DNA of 63,868 nucleotides, filler included, from Chiloscyllium plagiosum (taxonomy: Eukaryota), in NCBI RefSeq assembly GCF_004010195.1. It is 5 parts of one record of this genome, joined end to end, with 100 filler letters (N's around TTAATTAATTAA, not from the genome) between each part and the next. Parts side by side here need not be neighbours in the genome. Positions count along the whole stretch, not along the records: positions 1 to 29,935 come from NC_057717.1; 4 more parts are not named here. One strand, 5' to 3'. Below are positions 1 through 11,605 of the stretch, one piece after another. The notes below the pieces were generated by a model. It was not told the DNA's origin. It saw only the letters and a program-made list of their open reading frames with translations, and did not search any database. The first letter of the stretch is position 1. Every line of letters begins with the position of its first letter. The translations under genes were made by a program, and so were the position numbers.

Positions 1-779
1 TGATGAGTGCATGTGCTCTGCCATCGAGATGAATAATGAACTACTTTAATTGCTTGGCTATGATTTCCAGCTTCAATAGCTATTATCTGTAATCTGCAAT
101 ATTAGGGCAAGAAATCTTGCAGAAACACACTGCACTGTGAGGGATCTCGAATAAATATCAATACTGAACACCAGAGATGAGGAAAGAGCACAATTTGTGG
201 CCAAAAAACACTGGCCACTATTTCCAACCTCTCACATTTGGCTTCCCCCTTCCTGAAATTATTAAGTGATACAAGGCATCGGTTGACTTTCCAGCCTCTC
301 CTTACCTTCTCATCCCTCTGCTTGCACAAAGCAAATCAAGCTCTTGATCTTTGGGAAACTCAAGCTCTGTGTTTGTAGGCCTTCTCGAGAGCGGAGGGTC
401 TTTTAAACCTGAAGCAGGAGGGTGAGGGGGCAGTAACACCACTCACTGGGCTGACGTGTGGCAGTTCGAGTTTAACTTGGATAAATGCGAGGAATTGCAT
501 TTTGGTCAAATAAAAAAGCCGGGGCTAATGCAATTAATAGTAGTGCATTGGTAGTGTTGTAGAAAAGAGGGGCCCACAGGTGCAGATCAAATTCACAGAA
601 GTTTGTGGCACTTATAGACAAGGTGTTTAAGGTTACTTCTTTGCTCAGACTTTTGTAGTCACAAGTTGAGAAGTCATGCTGAGATTGTGCAGGACATTGA
701 TGAAGCCTCTTCTGCAGTACTGTGTGCAGTTCTGTTATTGGAAGAAAATTATTAAGGTTCAGAAGAGATATACCAGGAT

Positions 780-1205
780 GTCGCCAGGAACACCTCATCC
801 TCTGCCTCGGGATCCGACAAACACAAGGCATGAACATTGAACTCACTAATTTGCAAATCTCCCCTCGACGACCAAGATCCCAGATCCAACCCTCCGACTC
901 AGATCCGCCCTCTTGTGGGAACCTACCTGTCCATCTTCCTTCTCAACGATCCGCTTCAACTCTCCACCGACCTATCACTATCACCTCCTAGCTTTGCCTA
1001 CCTATCACCAACCTTTCCCCCAGTCTCACCCCTACCACCCATTTATTTGTTAACCCCTTTACTCCTTCACAGTTCTGAAGAAGGGCCCTACCTGAAACGT
1101 TGACTCTCTTGCTCCTCGGAAGCTGCCTGACCTACTGTGCCTTCTCCACTATCATGCTTTATCTACACTTAATTCTCCAACATCTGGAGTCCCCATTGTC
1201 TCTTA
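780..1205 (+). mobile_element. Penelope-like element 3' fragment (GIY-YIG C-terminus plus terminal repeat)
   Basis: Translates RQEHLILCLGIRQTQGMNIELTNL, resembling the PLE C-terminal E.HLIFRLGT..P.GMNIEF motif. Followed by a C-rich tract and a CTGAAGA...GAAACGTT terminal motif. Confidence 0.8.
1071..1105 (+). ncRNA. Minimal type I hammerhead ribozyme motif (PLE-associated)
   Basis: agtt-CTGAAGA-agg(gcccta)cct-GAAA-CGTT-gact: stem I, intact core, stem II, and a palindromic loopless stem III (ACGT). Confidence 0.7.
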
Positions 1206-1565
1206 GGTACAATTCTCTGCTAATCCCACATGTCTGTTATAACCCCACGCTGTCTTAAGTTTATATTCTGTCCAGATCATGGCCTATAGAAGTTCTCTCA
1301 AACTCTTACTGATATTGTCATGCCTCAGCAGTATTTACAGGGTCGATGTTTCCATTTATAAGCAGAGAAGCATGTTGGTGTTCCGATAAACCAATGGCAT
1401 TACTTCCATATCCTATTCAGACTGAATGGTTACACACAATTAATCTACCAGGCTCAACATTCTTTCCCTCAGTCACCCTCGCATATCCAATCCAGACTGT
1501 GTAAATGTTAATCATTATTTTGAATTTTAATAAAACAGTATTGAATTGAAAGGCGTTGGCTGCAG

Positions 1566-1690
1566 CTGTTTGTTCAGTGACTGTGATTAATGTCAGTCTC
1601 CATGGATCCTAAATGTGTCACTGGAGGGCTTGCCTCTTTTATTAATGAAGGATTCAGTTCAATGTGTTATCCCATAGTATGAGTGGGAGC
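1566..1690 (+). promoter_or_regulatory. Paralog of the GPCR upstream element (40192-40317)
   Basis: ctgtttgtt.agtgactgtgattaatg.cagtctcca.ggat...agtat.agtgggagc aligns over ~125 bp with 40192-40317. Confidence 0.6.
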
Positions 1691-1698
1691 ATTGACTC

Positions 1699-2615
1699 TG
1701 AGGGGAACGTCCTCAGAGGCTCTTGTAACCCGAGTAGAAACAAGCCATTGATTTCATCACCGTATCAATGTCTGTTTAGAACATCATGAGAGACTGTCCA
1801 TTCCCCTTAAGTTTCAATGCAATCATCTTTTATTCTCTCAAAGCGCTAAAGATTACCCTTCATTCGCCCCTCATTTTACCACCAGCCCAGGGATTAGGCT
1901 GTGTGACTGCAAACCCACAGCAATGTGTTTTACTATTTACTGCCCTGTCGAACAGCTGAACCATCCACTCAGTTCAAGATAGGCATAACATGCTGCCCTG
2001 ACATATGAGGGAAGAACAAAAGGAAAGATAGCACCCTTTCTCTGCCTGTTTCCCATATTCCTACGGCTCATTTCCATTCAGGTGGGTGACCATTCCTTAT
2101 TTAAACTGCATTTTTTCTTAGTCTTTCCCTGAGTGTGATGTTCATTTCCCGTAGGAACTCTGTTGTTGGCTTTGTTGATGCTCACATATAGATGGAAGGA
2201 GCTTTTACATTCCACTTCAGGTGCAGCTATGCGAGAAGGAAAGGCTTTTAACGCCATAGGAAAGAAACGGAGATGTCTTAGTGAGGAAAAGGAATTATTG
2301 TGATCAAACTTAAGAGTGTTGTTGAGGCAGTCTTTGGAACATTGTGGACAGATTTTCTTTCCTTTATAAGAAATAATCGCCCTGCCACAGAGAGAGTGCT
2401 ACAATTTTTCACCAGACTAATCCCTGGGATGGTGGTAAAATGAGGGGTGAATGAAGATTAATCTTTATCGCTGTAAGAGAATAAAAGATGATTGCATTGA
2501 AACTTAAGGGGAATGGACTGTCTCTCATGATGTTCTAAACAGACATTGATACTGTGATAAAATCCATGGCTTGTTTTTACTCGAGTTACAAGAGCCTCTG
2601 AGGACGTTCCCCTCA
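1699..2615. repeat. Local ~205-bp inverted repeat pair (1699-1905 / 2409-2615) flanking ~500 bp
   Basis: tgaggggaacgtcctcagagg...tcattttaccaccagcccagggattag is the reverse complement of 2409-2615. Confidence 0.9.
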
Positions 2616-2979
2616 CCCCACCCCCACTCCGTATATCTATAGAGAGAGAGAGAGAGAGATTCAGACATTGAATATCGTGCATTTGGTGTGTGATGTTACA
2701 CTGAACATCACGTTATCCAAACACCTGAAAGCAGCCACAATATCTTCATTCAAAAACAGTTAACTGTTCCCATCATCTTCTGACCTCCATGGAGAATATG
2801 GATCTGTCTACTCAGAGATGGAAGATGCCTCTTTGAGACTTGATGCAAAACAACTGGCTTCCATCCTCACTGCCATCAAACCACTTTAAAGTAGCAGACG
2901 TTCCACCGGCAATGGCCCACGAGGAACCTCCACTGGTTTGTCATATTGGAGCATCAGTGACACCCTCCTGTTCATGTAT

Positions 2980-3310
2980 AACTATCCAATGGGGCTGAAT
3001 GGCCTCCTCCAAATCCCATGGAACAGATTCAAGGGTCTGATTGGGCTCAACCTGATCCTGTTTGATAGCTCGATGTACTGACCAGACCTCTTCTCTTCCT
3101 GTGGAACAAGCAGGAGTATTGAATGGGCTGTCCCTCTTCTTGTTCAATAGTTTCAATGGACTGAATGGCTTCCACATTTCTGTATGTAACCAGCTTGAGA
3201 TGTTGAATGAGCTCCTCTTTTAACTGTGTCTGACAGCACTGTTACATGAATGTTACCGACACTTTAATAGCACAAGCTTGAATGCTGTCCGGGTCTTACT
3301 GAACGCATAC
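2980..3310. repeat. Degenerate ~42-bp satellite resembling a LINE 3' tail
   Basis: Recurrent ggggctgaatggcctcctc / ctcttcctgtggaacaag motifs. Related arrays at ~39720-39900 and 60690-60999. Confidence 0.6.
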
Positions 3311-3679
3311 ACAGGCTGCATCAGGAGCTGATGGGAGACAAAATGTTCTGAACGTTGTGTAANNNNNNNNNNNNNNNNNNNNNNNNNNNNNNNNNNNNNN
3401 NNNNNNNNNNNNNNNNNNNNNNNNNNNNNNNNNNNNNNNNNNNNNNNNNNNNNNNNNNNNNNNNNNNNNNNNNNNNNNNNNNNNNNNNNNNNNNNNNNNN
3501 NNNNNNNNNNNNNNNNNNNNNNNNNNNNNNNNNNNNNNNNNNNNNNNNNNNNNNNNNNNNNNNNNNNNNNNNNNNNNNNNNNNNNNNNNNNNNNNNNNNN
3601 NNNNNNNNNATCAAGGCAATTCACCCTTTGCTGAGCCCCTGTGTTCCCGTCTTGTTCATATCAATAGGTGACGGTGTCT

Positions 3680-3930
3680 GAGTGGGGAGTGTTTTCCTCT
3701 CACAGAGGGTAGTGAATGTCAGGATTTACCTTGTCTCGAGAGCTAAGGGACCTACCTCACTGAAAGTATTTAAAAAGGTGGTAGACGGATTTTTGACCTG
3801 TCAGAGAGCTGAGGGGGTGTGAAGAATTGAACATTAAAGATGAGTTAATACGAACAGTAGATCGCCCATGATCGTATACAATGCCTTGATTATCCGAACT
3901 ACCTGATCCTGTACTTTATGTTCTCATATT
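3680..3930 (+). mobile_element. CR1-type LINE 3' end fragment
   Basis: ctcacagagggtagtgaatgtc (FSQRVVN motif), then gatcgcccatgatcgtat and a tail ending cctgtactttatgttct. Confidence 0.7.
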
Positions 3931-5464
3931 CTGTAATTACAAAGTTAATGGTTGTAATTTTCCTGCACGTTCTGTTATTGAACGTTGCAATCAGAGAGAG
4001 CAAAGTACTTTATGAGTCATCACTTAGTGAGGTCTGGGGGCTGAATTCACAGTGAATCTGGATCTATACCATGACCAACAAATGAAGCACAAGTTGCACA
4101 GAGAAGACACTCTGTAAAGAGACCAGAGTTGTCTTTCGAACCCAGCCTGAGTTTTGAAGTAACATTTTCCAACCCACACCAAACTATGTGTGACAGCCTG
4201 GAGGGAATGAATGAGATCCTGTGTTACTGTGGATCAGGTATTTGGAGCAAGATGCCCCCGTCAGCAACTGTGCAGGAGGTTTGTGGGGCTGAATTGAACA
4301 TAGGAACATAGGACTGAGGAGCAGGAGTGGGTCATTAGATACGTTGTCACTGCTCCACAAGGCACAAAGATCGTAGTTGCTCTAATTGTGGTTTGAGCAG
4401 CAGTTTTCTGTCTGCATAAAATTTTCATACATGCACTTGTCTGTCTAATGTTTGAATACAGCCCAACTTCGAACAAATGCAAACATCCAGGCACCATAAA
4501 CGTTTGGTAAAGGGAATTCCCACTTGAACAGTCCAATAAGAATTTCTCATTCGTGTTCCAACAAATGTTAGAGGGTCACTGTCCTTTTCCAGTCCCACCC
4601 CTCCACTGGTTACGACAAATTTTAAATGTAGCCAGTTTAGTGTTTTGGCCAATTGTATAGGACTCAGACTGGTTCATTTTTGAGAAAAATTGTGAAGTTC
4701 AGGAAGTTGAACTCACAACAAATGGTAAAAGATACATTGTCCCAAATGTCCTTCTGCCTTTGAAATTATTCTGCTCACACAAGCTGCTGATAATGGGATG
4801 TATTTGTGGAACAGTTGGATTTGGCTGAACTTCCTTTGCTTCCAGCAGTGGAGAGATTCCAATGTGTCCTCACTAGGAATGCTTCACAAGTGGTGAAGAT
4901 AACTCAGGGATTTTATAGTCTCACATTTTGCTATTGGGTGGACAAAGTAAGAGAGAGTGATCAAACAGCTGCTGCTTCTCAGGCAGGGAACATTTTTCTC
5001 CCTCTCTGTGTTGAACCATACAATAATGTCAACTGAACATCAAACTGGGCCATGTGTGCTCTCCTGGAGCATTCTCTGGAATGGATGATAATGGACGATA
5101 TGAAGGTGCATCATCGCTGTTGTTGTACAGAGTGTCTTTCAATAGAAAAACAAAATCCCTGCTTTATCATCTGATGACATTTTATATGCGTCTGTGTAAG
5201 TTGTAAATATCGGTCGATGTCTATATAATACATGTATTGCTATCAATACATCTTATTCTTAAAATTGTTTTCTAGCTTTAAACTTCTTAACAAGAGGAAA
5301 CATGCATCCAGCTGAAACACTTTTCAGAAAGTCATATATGGTTCAAGAAGATTTCTCATCTCAGATCAAAACTGATAATCCCCCATAACAAAAGGCCTTC
5401 CTTCCAGTAATGTGTGAAGGGAAACATCTATGAAAATCTTCTGAAAGAATTATATTTTTTTTAA

Positions 5465-5990
5465 ATTTAGGCGATCAAAACTGCACACAGTGTATCCGAT
5501 GTGGTCTCAGCAATGCCCCGTTCAGATGCAGTAAAACATTCCTCATTAAACGTGATAACCTTTGCCAGAAACAACATCATTCCACTTACCTTTCAAATCA
5601 CTTGCTGCATCTGCAGACTGACTTCATATAATTCATGTCCCAGGAAAATGGAAACGGCCTGTATCAAGTTCTGCAATCTCTCTCTATTTAAATTGTTCGC
5701 CATTGTTTTATCCTTCCTGCCACAGTAGACAACTCACCTTATGTTCTTTCTCTTGAAGGTTTGCTCACTAACCTTCCCTGTCTATATCACATTGCAGACT
5801 CAGTGCCTCCATTTGGCGATATCTTGATCGATCATCTTGGTGATGCGCAAATTGAGCTTCGCACCATTCAGTTCCCTTCCTCCAGATCTTTGATACAGAT
5901 TATTTGTCATTGATGATCCCACAGTGATCTCTACAGCACTACACTAGTTACAGCTTTGCAACCTGAAAATAAATATTTACCTCTACTCTC
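5465..5990 (-). mobile_element. Degraded CR1-type LINE RT fragment
   Basis: Minus strand reads tgtgtgcagttttgatcgcc (CVQFWSP-like) plus other RT/thumb remnants. Mirrored at ~19960-20455. Confidence 0.6.
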
Positions 5991-6191
5991 GAATTCCTGT
6001 TGGCGACAGCTTCTCCGTTCCTGTGTAGCACATGAGGTGGGTTGAATGGTCTCCTCCTGGGCTGTGTAATGTACTCAACGAGCTGAATTACTTCAATCTC
6101 TATTCCTGTGTAACTTCTTCGAGGGTCAGAATAGTCTTCTCCCATCTCATTGTAACGATCCGGCCTGACTGAAAGGGGTGGTCTCTTACCT

Positions 6192-6621
6192 TGTAACAGC
6201 ATCTAGGGGTGGATTGAGCCAAAACACATGGGATAGGTGCAGCAGTATATTTCTGTAACAGCCACAAGGTTTGGATTGAGGGAACAACACATGGGGTAAG
6301 GACAGCAGTATATCTCTGTGATAGCCTTGAGGGGTGGATTGAGGAAACAACACATGGGGTAAAGGCAGCAGTATATCTCTGTAACAGTCTTGAGGGCTGG
6401 ATAGAGGGAACAGCAAATGGGGTAGGGGCAGCAGTATATCTCTGTGATAGCCTTAAGGGATGGATTGAGGGAACAACAATTGGGGTAGGGGCAGCAGTAT
6501 ATCTCTGTGATAGCCTTGAGGGGTGGATTGAGGGAACAACACATGGAGTAGGGCCAGCAGTACATCTCCGTAATAGACTCAAGGGTGGATTGAGGGCACA
6601 GCGCATGGAATGGGGCAGCAG
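6192..6621. repeat. 63-bp minisatellite, ~6.8 units
   Basis: cagcagta recurs at 6240, 6303, 6366, 6429, 6492 and 6555. The minus strand translates to a 21-aa repeat (ITEIYCCPYPMCCSLNPPLKA). Confidence 0.95.
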
Positions 6622-8429
6622 TTGGCCATTTGTCTGCAGCATTTAGAATGCTCATGGCTGATCCGATTGTGTTTGACTATCCGTCTCCTGTCTGTTCCCA
6701 ATAAACATTGACTCTCCTGTCCAGCAAAGATCAGTCAAGCTCAGTGTTGAATATCTTCAATAACTGAGTCTTCACTGCTCACTGAGGATGAGGACACCAC
6801 AGATAGAACAACACTAAAGTGAAAGGGACATCCTTATTTCATTGTGGGACCCATTATTTTAAACGGTGTTAACCTAACATCAAATCACCACTTCTTTTCA
6901 GACATAAGGACAGAATAATTAGGAATAAACGTAAAGCATTCTGGACTTCAAACATTCCTTTCCAATCAAATATGTATCAAACCCAGCCTATGCTGCTGTC
7001 TCAGGAAGAGAATACCTGATAGCATAACACCACAAGAACATTAAAGCAATGAGCAGAATGAGGCCATTCGGCCCGTCGAGTCTAAAATTCTGTTCAATAA
7101 TTTCTTATATGTACCTCAACCACATTCTTCTACCTTCTCCCGAGAACCCTTGATCCCCTTACAAATCCGAAACATATTGATTTGCATCTTAATNNNNNNN
7201 NNNNNNNNNNNNNNNNNNNNNNNNNNNNNNNNNNNNNNNNNNNNNNNNNNNNNNNNNNNNNNNNNNNNNNNNNNNNNNNNNNNNNNNNNNNNNNNNNNNN
7301 NNNNNNNNNNNNNNNNNNNNNNNNNNNNNNNNNNNNNNNNNNNNNNNNNNNNNNNNNNNNNNNNNNNNNNNNNNNNNNNNNNNNNNNNNNNNNNNNNNNN
7401 NNNNNNNNNNNNNNNNNNNNNNNNNNNNNNNNNNNNNNNNNNNNNNNNNNNNNNNNNNNNNNNNNNNNNNNNNNNNNNNNNNNNNNNNNNNNNNNNNNNN
7501 NNNNNNNNNNNNNNNNNNNNNNNNNNNNNNNNNNNNNNNNNNNNNNNNNNNNNNNNNNNNNNNNNNNNNNNNNNNNNNNNNNNNNNNNNNNNNNNNNNNN
7601 NNNNNNNNNNNNNNNNNNNNNNNNNNNNNNNNNNNNNNNNNNNNNNNNNNNNNNNNNNNNNNNNNNNNNNNNNNNNNNNNNNNNNNNNNNNNNAGCAGAG
7701 TGGGTTGCAGCTACAGCCTCAGCAATGGTCGATGCTTCTGACGGGTGCACCGGTGTTGGGACTTACTCGATCCTTTCCCATGTTTTGTCATTTCCACTTG
7801 ATAAAACGGGATTAGTAAAGATTCTATCGCTCTTTTAATGTTGAATTTTGCGTAAATGGCTGGGATGGGATGGGTTAGAGGGCCACTTTGCCCGTGCTGT
7901 GATGCAGAGTCCAGCAAAGCAGACCTTCCGGATCACCGCCGTTGGATTCCCCCTTAATGTTTTTTCGATATTATCATTTCATTTTGCATTATATTCCTGG
8001 ATGTTCTGAATCTGTGTAATTTGATACCACTATCTACATTTCCCCCTACGCTGCAAATTGCTGCCCATTCCTCCATAATCCTTGACCCTGTTGTTATTCA
8101 TGAACCTTCTGTCGGTGCCTCAAAAATATTCAATATTTCTGCCTCCAATGGTTCCAAAGACTCTCAGCACTTTGAGAAAACAAATATAAACTGTATGATC
8201 TGAGTGTGAGATTAGTTTTTTTTGTGTCTCCTTATCTGAGCAAGGATATAATTACATTGAAAGCAATTCAGAGATGTTTCATTTCACGTATTCCTGGGGT
8301 GAAGGGCTTTATTATGAAGGTTTTAACAGGTTACTCCTGGAATGAGAATGAAGCCTATAAGACCTTGAGGAGAGTGGATAAGGATATACCCGCTGGGTGT
8401 TTGTATAGTCCAAATTTGTTGTCATTGTC

Positions 8430-8735
8430 ATAGAAACTCTACAGTGCGGAGGCAGGACATTCCGTCCACTAATTCCACACTGATCCACCAAACAGCATCC
8501 TACCTTGTCCATGTAACCCTGTATTTCCCATAACTAACCCACCTAACCTACACATCCCTGGGTACTATGGACAATCCACTTTAAACTGCACATCTTTGGA
8601 CTGTGGAAGGAAACTGGAGCACTGAGAGGAAACCCACACAGGCATGGGGAGGATGTTCAAACTCCACTTAGGGGGTCGCCCGAGGTTGGAGTTGAACCCA
8701 GCTCCTTGGTGATTTGAGGAAGCAGTGCCACCCAC
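8430..8735 (-). mobile_element. Old HE1/V-type SINE
   Basis: ctgcacatctttggactgtggaaggaaactggagcac..gaggaaacccacaca is the reverse complement of the V-domain seen in the young SINE copies. Confidence 0.8.
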
Positions 8736-9529
8736 AGATCCACCATACTCCTCCGATAGTTCTGTTAGTAACTTGTGGCTGACTAAAGAAATCTGCCTGA
8801 CTTGTTCTTATCACTGAATCTGACCCAATCTGAGACCTTTATCATTGGTCATATCACCAACCTGGTTACATTTAAAATTTGTTGTGAGCAGTGGAAGAGT
8901 GGGACTAGAAAAGGAAAAGGTGACACCCTCCATCCTCAGTCACAACTGGAGTGAGAAGAAATTCACAAAGTGGGAATTTATTCAAGTGGGAATCCTCTTT
9001 TCCAGAAGTTTGGGATGGCTGAATCTTTATATTATAACGAGGCTGGCTTCGTCTGATTTTCCATAGAAAAGTGAATCAGGGATAATGGTGCATGAAGAGA
9101 AAAGTGAAGCTGGGACGACAATGAGATGAGCCATGACCTCATTTATTGGTGGAGTAGTGTCAAAGGGCCGAATAGCCCCTACGTGTCCCTCAGCCCTGTA
9201 TTCTAATGTTCCAATCAGCCCTTCCGTCCTGCTACACACAGGTAGATCGAGGCCACTCCGATGGTTAGGTGTAGTTTTGATATGTACTTGGAAAATCCAG
9301 GCTGTATCAGGAAGTGACCCTCACTTCCAATCCCTGTTTCCAGGCTTCCCCTCTCTGTAACTTCTGCCCCAGATGTAAGTCATGTCCCAGACCCAGATTC
9401 GCTTTGAATACAGCCCCCATACTCCACCCAGGGTAAACTCAAACAAATCCTCTGCTCATCTCAATGTAGCATTACACAACACAACTTCCAGGAAAATAAC
9501 CAGTTACTTTCCAAAAGCATAACATGTGA

Positions 9530-10830
9530 AATTAATAAATAGGAACAACAGTAGGCTATTCTGCCTCTCAAGCTTGCCCTGTCATTTAATACGAACATGG
9601 CTGATCTACTCCAGGGCTCGACTCCACTTTCTTGCCGACTCCTTGATGAGAGTGGATTAGGTATATACCCGCTGGGTGTTTGTACTGTCCAAATTTGTTG
9701 TCCCTCCACACCTTTCCGAGTTAGGGAATTCCAGACATTCTCTACCTTCTGAGAGAAGACATCACTTTGCATCTCAGACTGAAATCGATGTTCCATATTC
9801 GATATCTATGTCATCGAGTTCGAGACTCCACCCGGGAATGGTAACAACTTCTCAACATTTACCGCGTCAACCCCTCTCTGTGTCTTCTATTTTTCAGCAG
9901 TACCACTCCTCATTCATTTAAACCCCAATGAATAATCACCTCACCATTTTAGAGATTCTCAATAACACAAACCTTTCATCCCAGGAACCAGTCTCATGAA
10001 CCAACCGAGTTACTAGTTGCACCAGCATGCTGACTTTATGTTTCATACACAGGAAGACTCGAATCCCTTTGTACTGTTCCTTTTCTGGAAGTCCCCTCCA
10101 TTAAATAATAGCCTGTCTTTTGGTTCTCAGTGTCATCCACAAACTCGGAAGTATATTGCACACAACTCCCTTCTTCAGGCTGTCAGTATAGATTGTAAAT
10201 ATTTGATGCCATCGGACTCATAACTGTGGTACTCCAGCAGAAACACCTTTATCATGAAGATCCATTCATCCTGACTCTCCGATTGCTATGAGCTCACCAA
10301 TCATCATCCCATGTTAATATATTATCATCATCCTATGAACTTCTGTCTTGTGTAAGCACTTTTATTTTGTCATACCTTGTGGAAAATCTCTGGAAAGCCT
10401 CGTGCCTAACAGATCCCCTTTATCAAATCCGCTTGTTACATTCTCAGAAATAATTTGCATGATTTTCCAGGGCAAAGTATGATTTCCATTTCACAAACTC
10501 ACTCTGACCCTGCGTGAAGCTTTTCTAAATGCCAGGTTTTCCAAATTAAGCTTGTCCCATCTGCTTTCATTTGGCCCAAATGCCTCTAAATGTTTCCCAT
10601 CCATATGTTTGTCCAAATGAATTTTAAATGTTGTAGCGGTACTGGCATCTACCACTCTTTCTCTGGCAGCTCATTCCATACCCACACCACCTTCTGTTCC
10701 TTTTAAATCTTTCATCTATCACCTTAAACCTGTGTCTTCTATAGTTGAACTCTCCCATGCCGTTGGAAAGATCTTGGGTATTCACTCATAATTTTAGAAA
10801 CTTTTACAATGTCACCACCCAACCTCCTAC
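9530..10830 (-). mobile_element. Degraded CR1-type LINE remnants (paralogous to ~33470-35105)
   Basis: 3' tail at ~9540-9640. RT remnant tttgtggatgacactg (FADDT-like) on the minus strand. Confidence 0.65.
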
Positions 10831-10949
10831 ACTCTATCTGATACTAATTTCAAGAACAAGCACTTAAAGGTAAGTACTGCAAATTTGAAATAATATTAAA
10901 CATAACAGGTAAACAATACTCAGCCCAAACTTCATATGGTGATTTGTTT

Positions 10950-11605
10950 CTCTCCATATTACAATACTAAGGCAGCATGAAATGCTTACTAGGGCCAATA
11001 AGAAGTCAAGCATTGGATTCCTTTTTCTAAAGGGGGCGATGATCTCGACTATGAAAACGCATCTATGGCCAGATCTATCTAATGCCACATAGTCAACATT
11101 CTCCCTCCTGTCCACCCTATGACCTTGTCTGGTTGTGTCTTCTTTATCTTGCACTCAATTGAGAGAACCCCTTTCCCCCATTCACACCTTAATTTAAACA
11201 CATTTTGCATCATCCACTCGTTCACCAGTGCTAAAAGCCCGTTTATCTTTGCCACACCCACTTTTCCCTGTCACCCATCCTCCACCTCTGGCAAGGGATT
11301 AAAAATCCCAGTTTTCAATCCTTTTCAGTTCTGAAGAAGTGTCACAATGGGCTTGAAATGTTCTCGCTTTTTCTCTGTCTCTGCAGATGCTGACAGACCT
11401 GCAGAGTTTCTCCATAAATGAATAGGCACAGAACACATTTTCACTAAAACAAATAACTATGGATACTGGAAATAAACATGCAAAAATTGCTGGAGAAACT
11501 GGGAGCTTTGTAAAGGGTCACTGGACCTGAAAGTTTAACTCTGCAATCACTCCAGAAGATGCTGCAACATTTTCAGTAATTTCTTCAGCAATTTCTGTTT
11601 TTGGG
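10950..11605 (+). mobile_element. Degraded PLE 3' end with terminal repeats
   Basis: cagttctgaagaag...gaaatgtt...cagatgctgacagacctgcagagtttctcc at ~11326-11413, plus an inverted pLTR-like pair at ~11445-11605. Confidence 0.55.

Larger units (their letters stand above)
1..7193. repeat. Left arm of large inverted segmental duplication (partner 18922-26602)
   Basis: Position 1 (tgatgagtgcatgtgctctgccatcgagatga) is the reverse complement of ~26571-26602. Position 7193 (catcttaat, before the N gap) maps to 18922. Colinear in between; paired ORFs such as 5501-5728(+) and 20193-20408(-) are near-identical. Confidence 0.95.

Noticed and set aside
2514..2600. atggac... downstream of the promoter paralog as a possible decayed GPCR exon 1
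   Set aside because: Only a few matching bases, an immediate stop codon, no YYP..GVP motif and no splice donor.
3253..3681. Long ORFs here and at 7130-7838 and 35242-35812
   Set aside because: Artefacts of runs of N.
6192..6621. Regularly spaced repeats resembling a CRISPR array
   Set aside because: Whole units repeat with no unique spacers, there are no cas genes, and the context is vertebrate.
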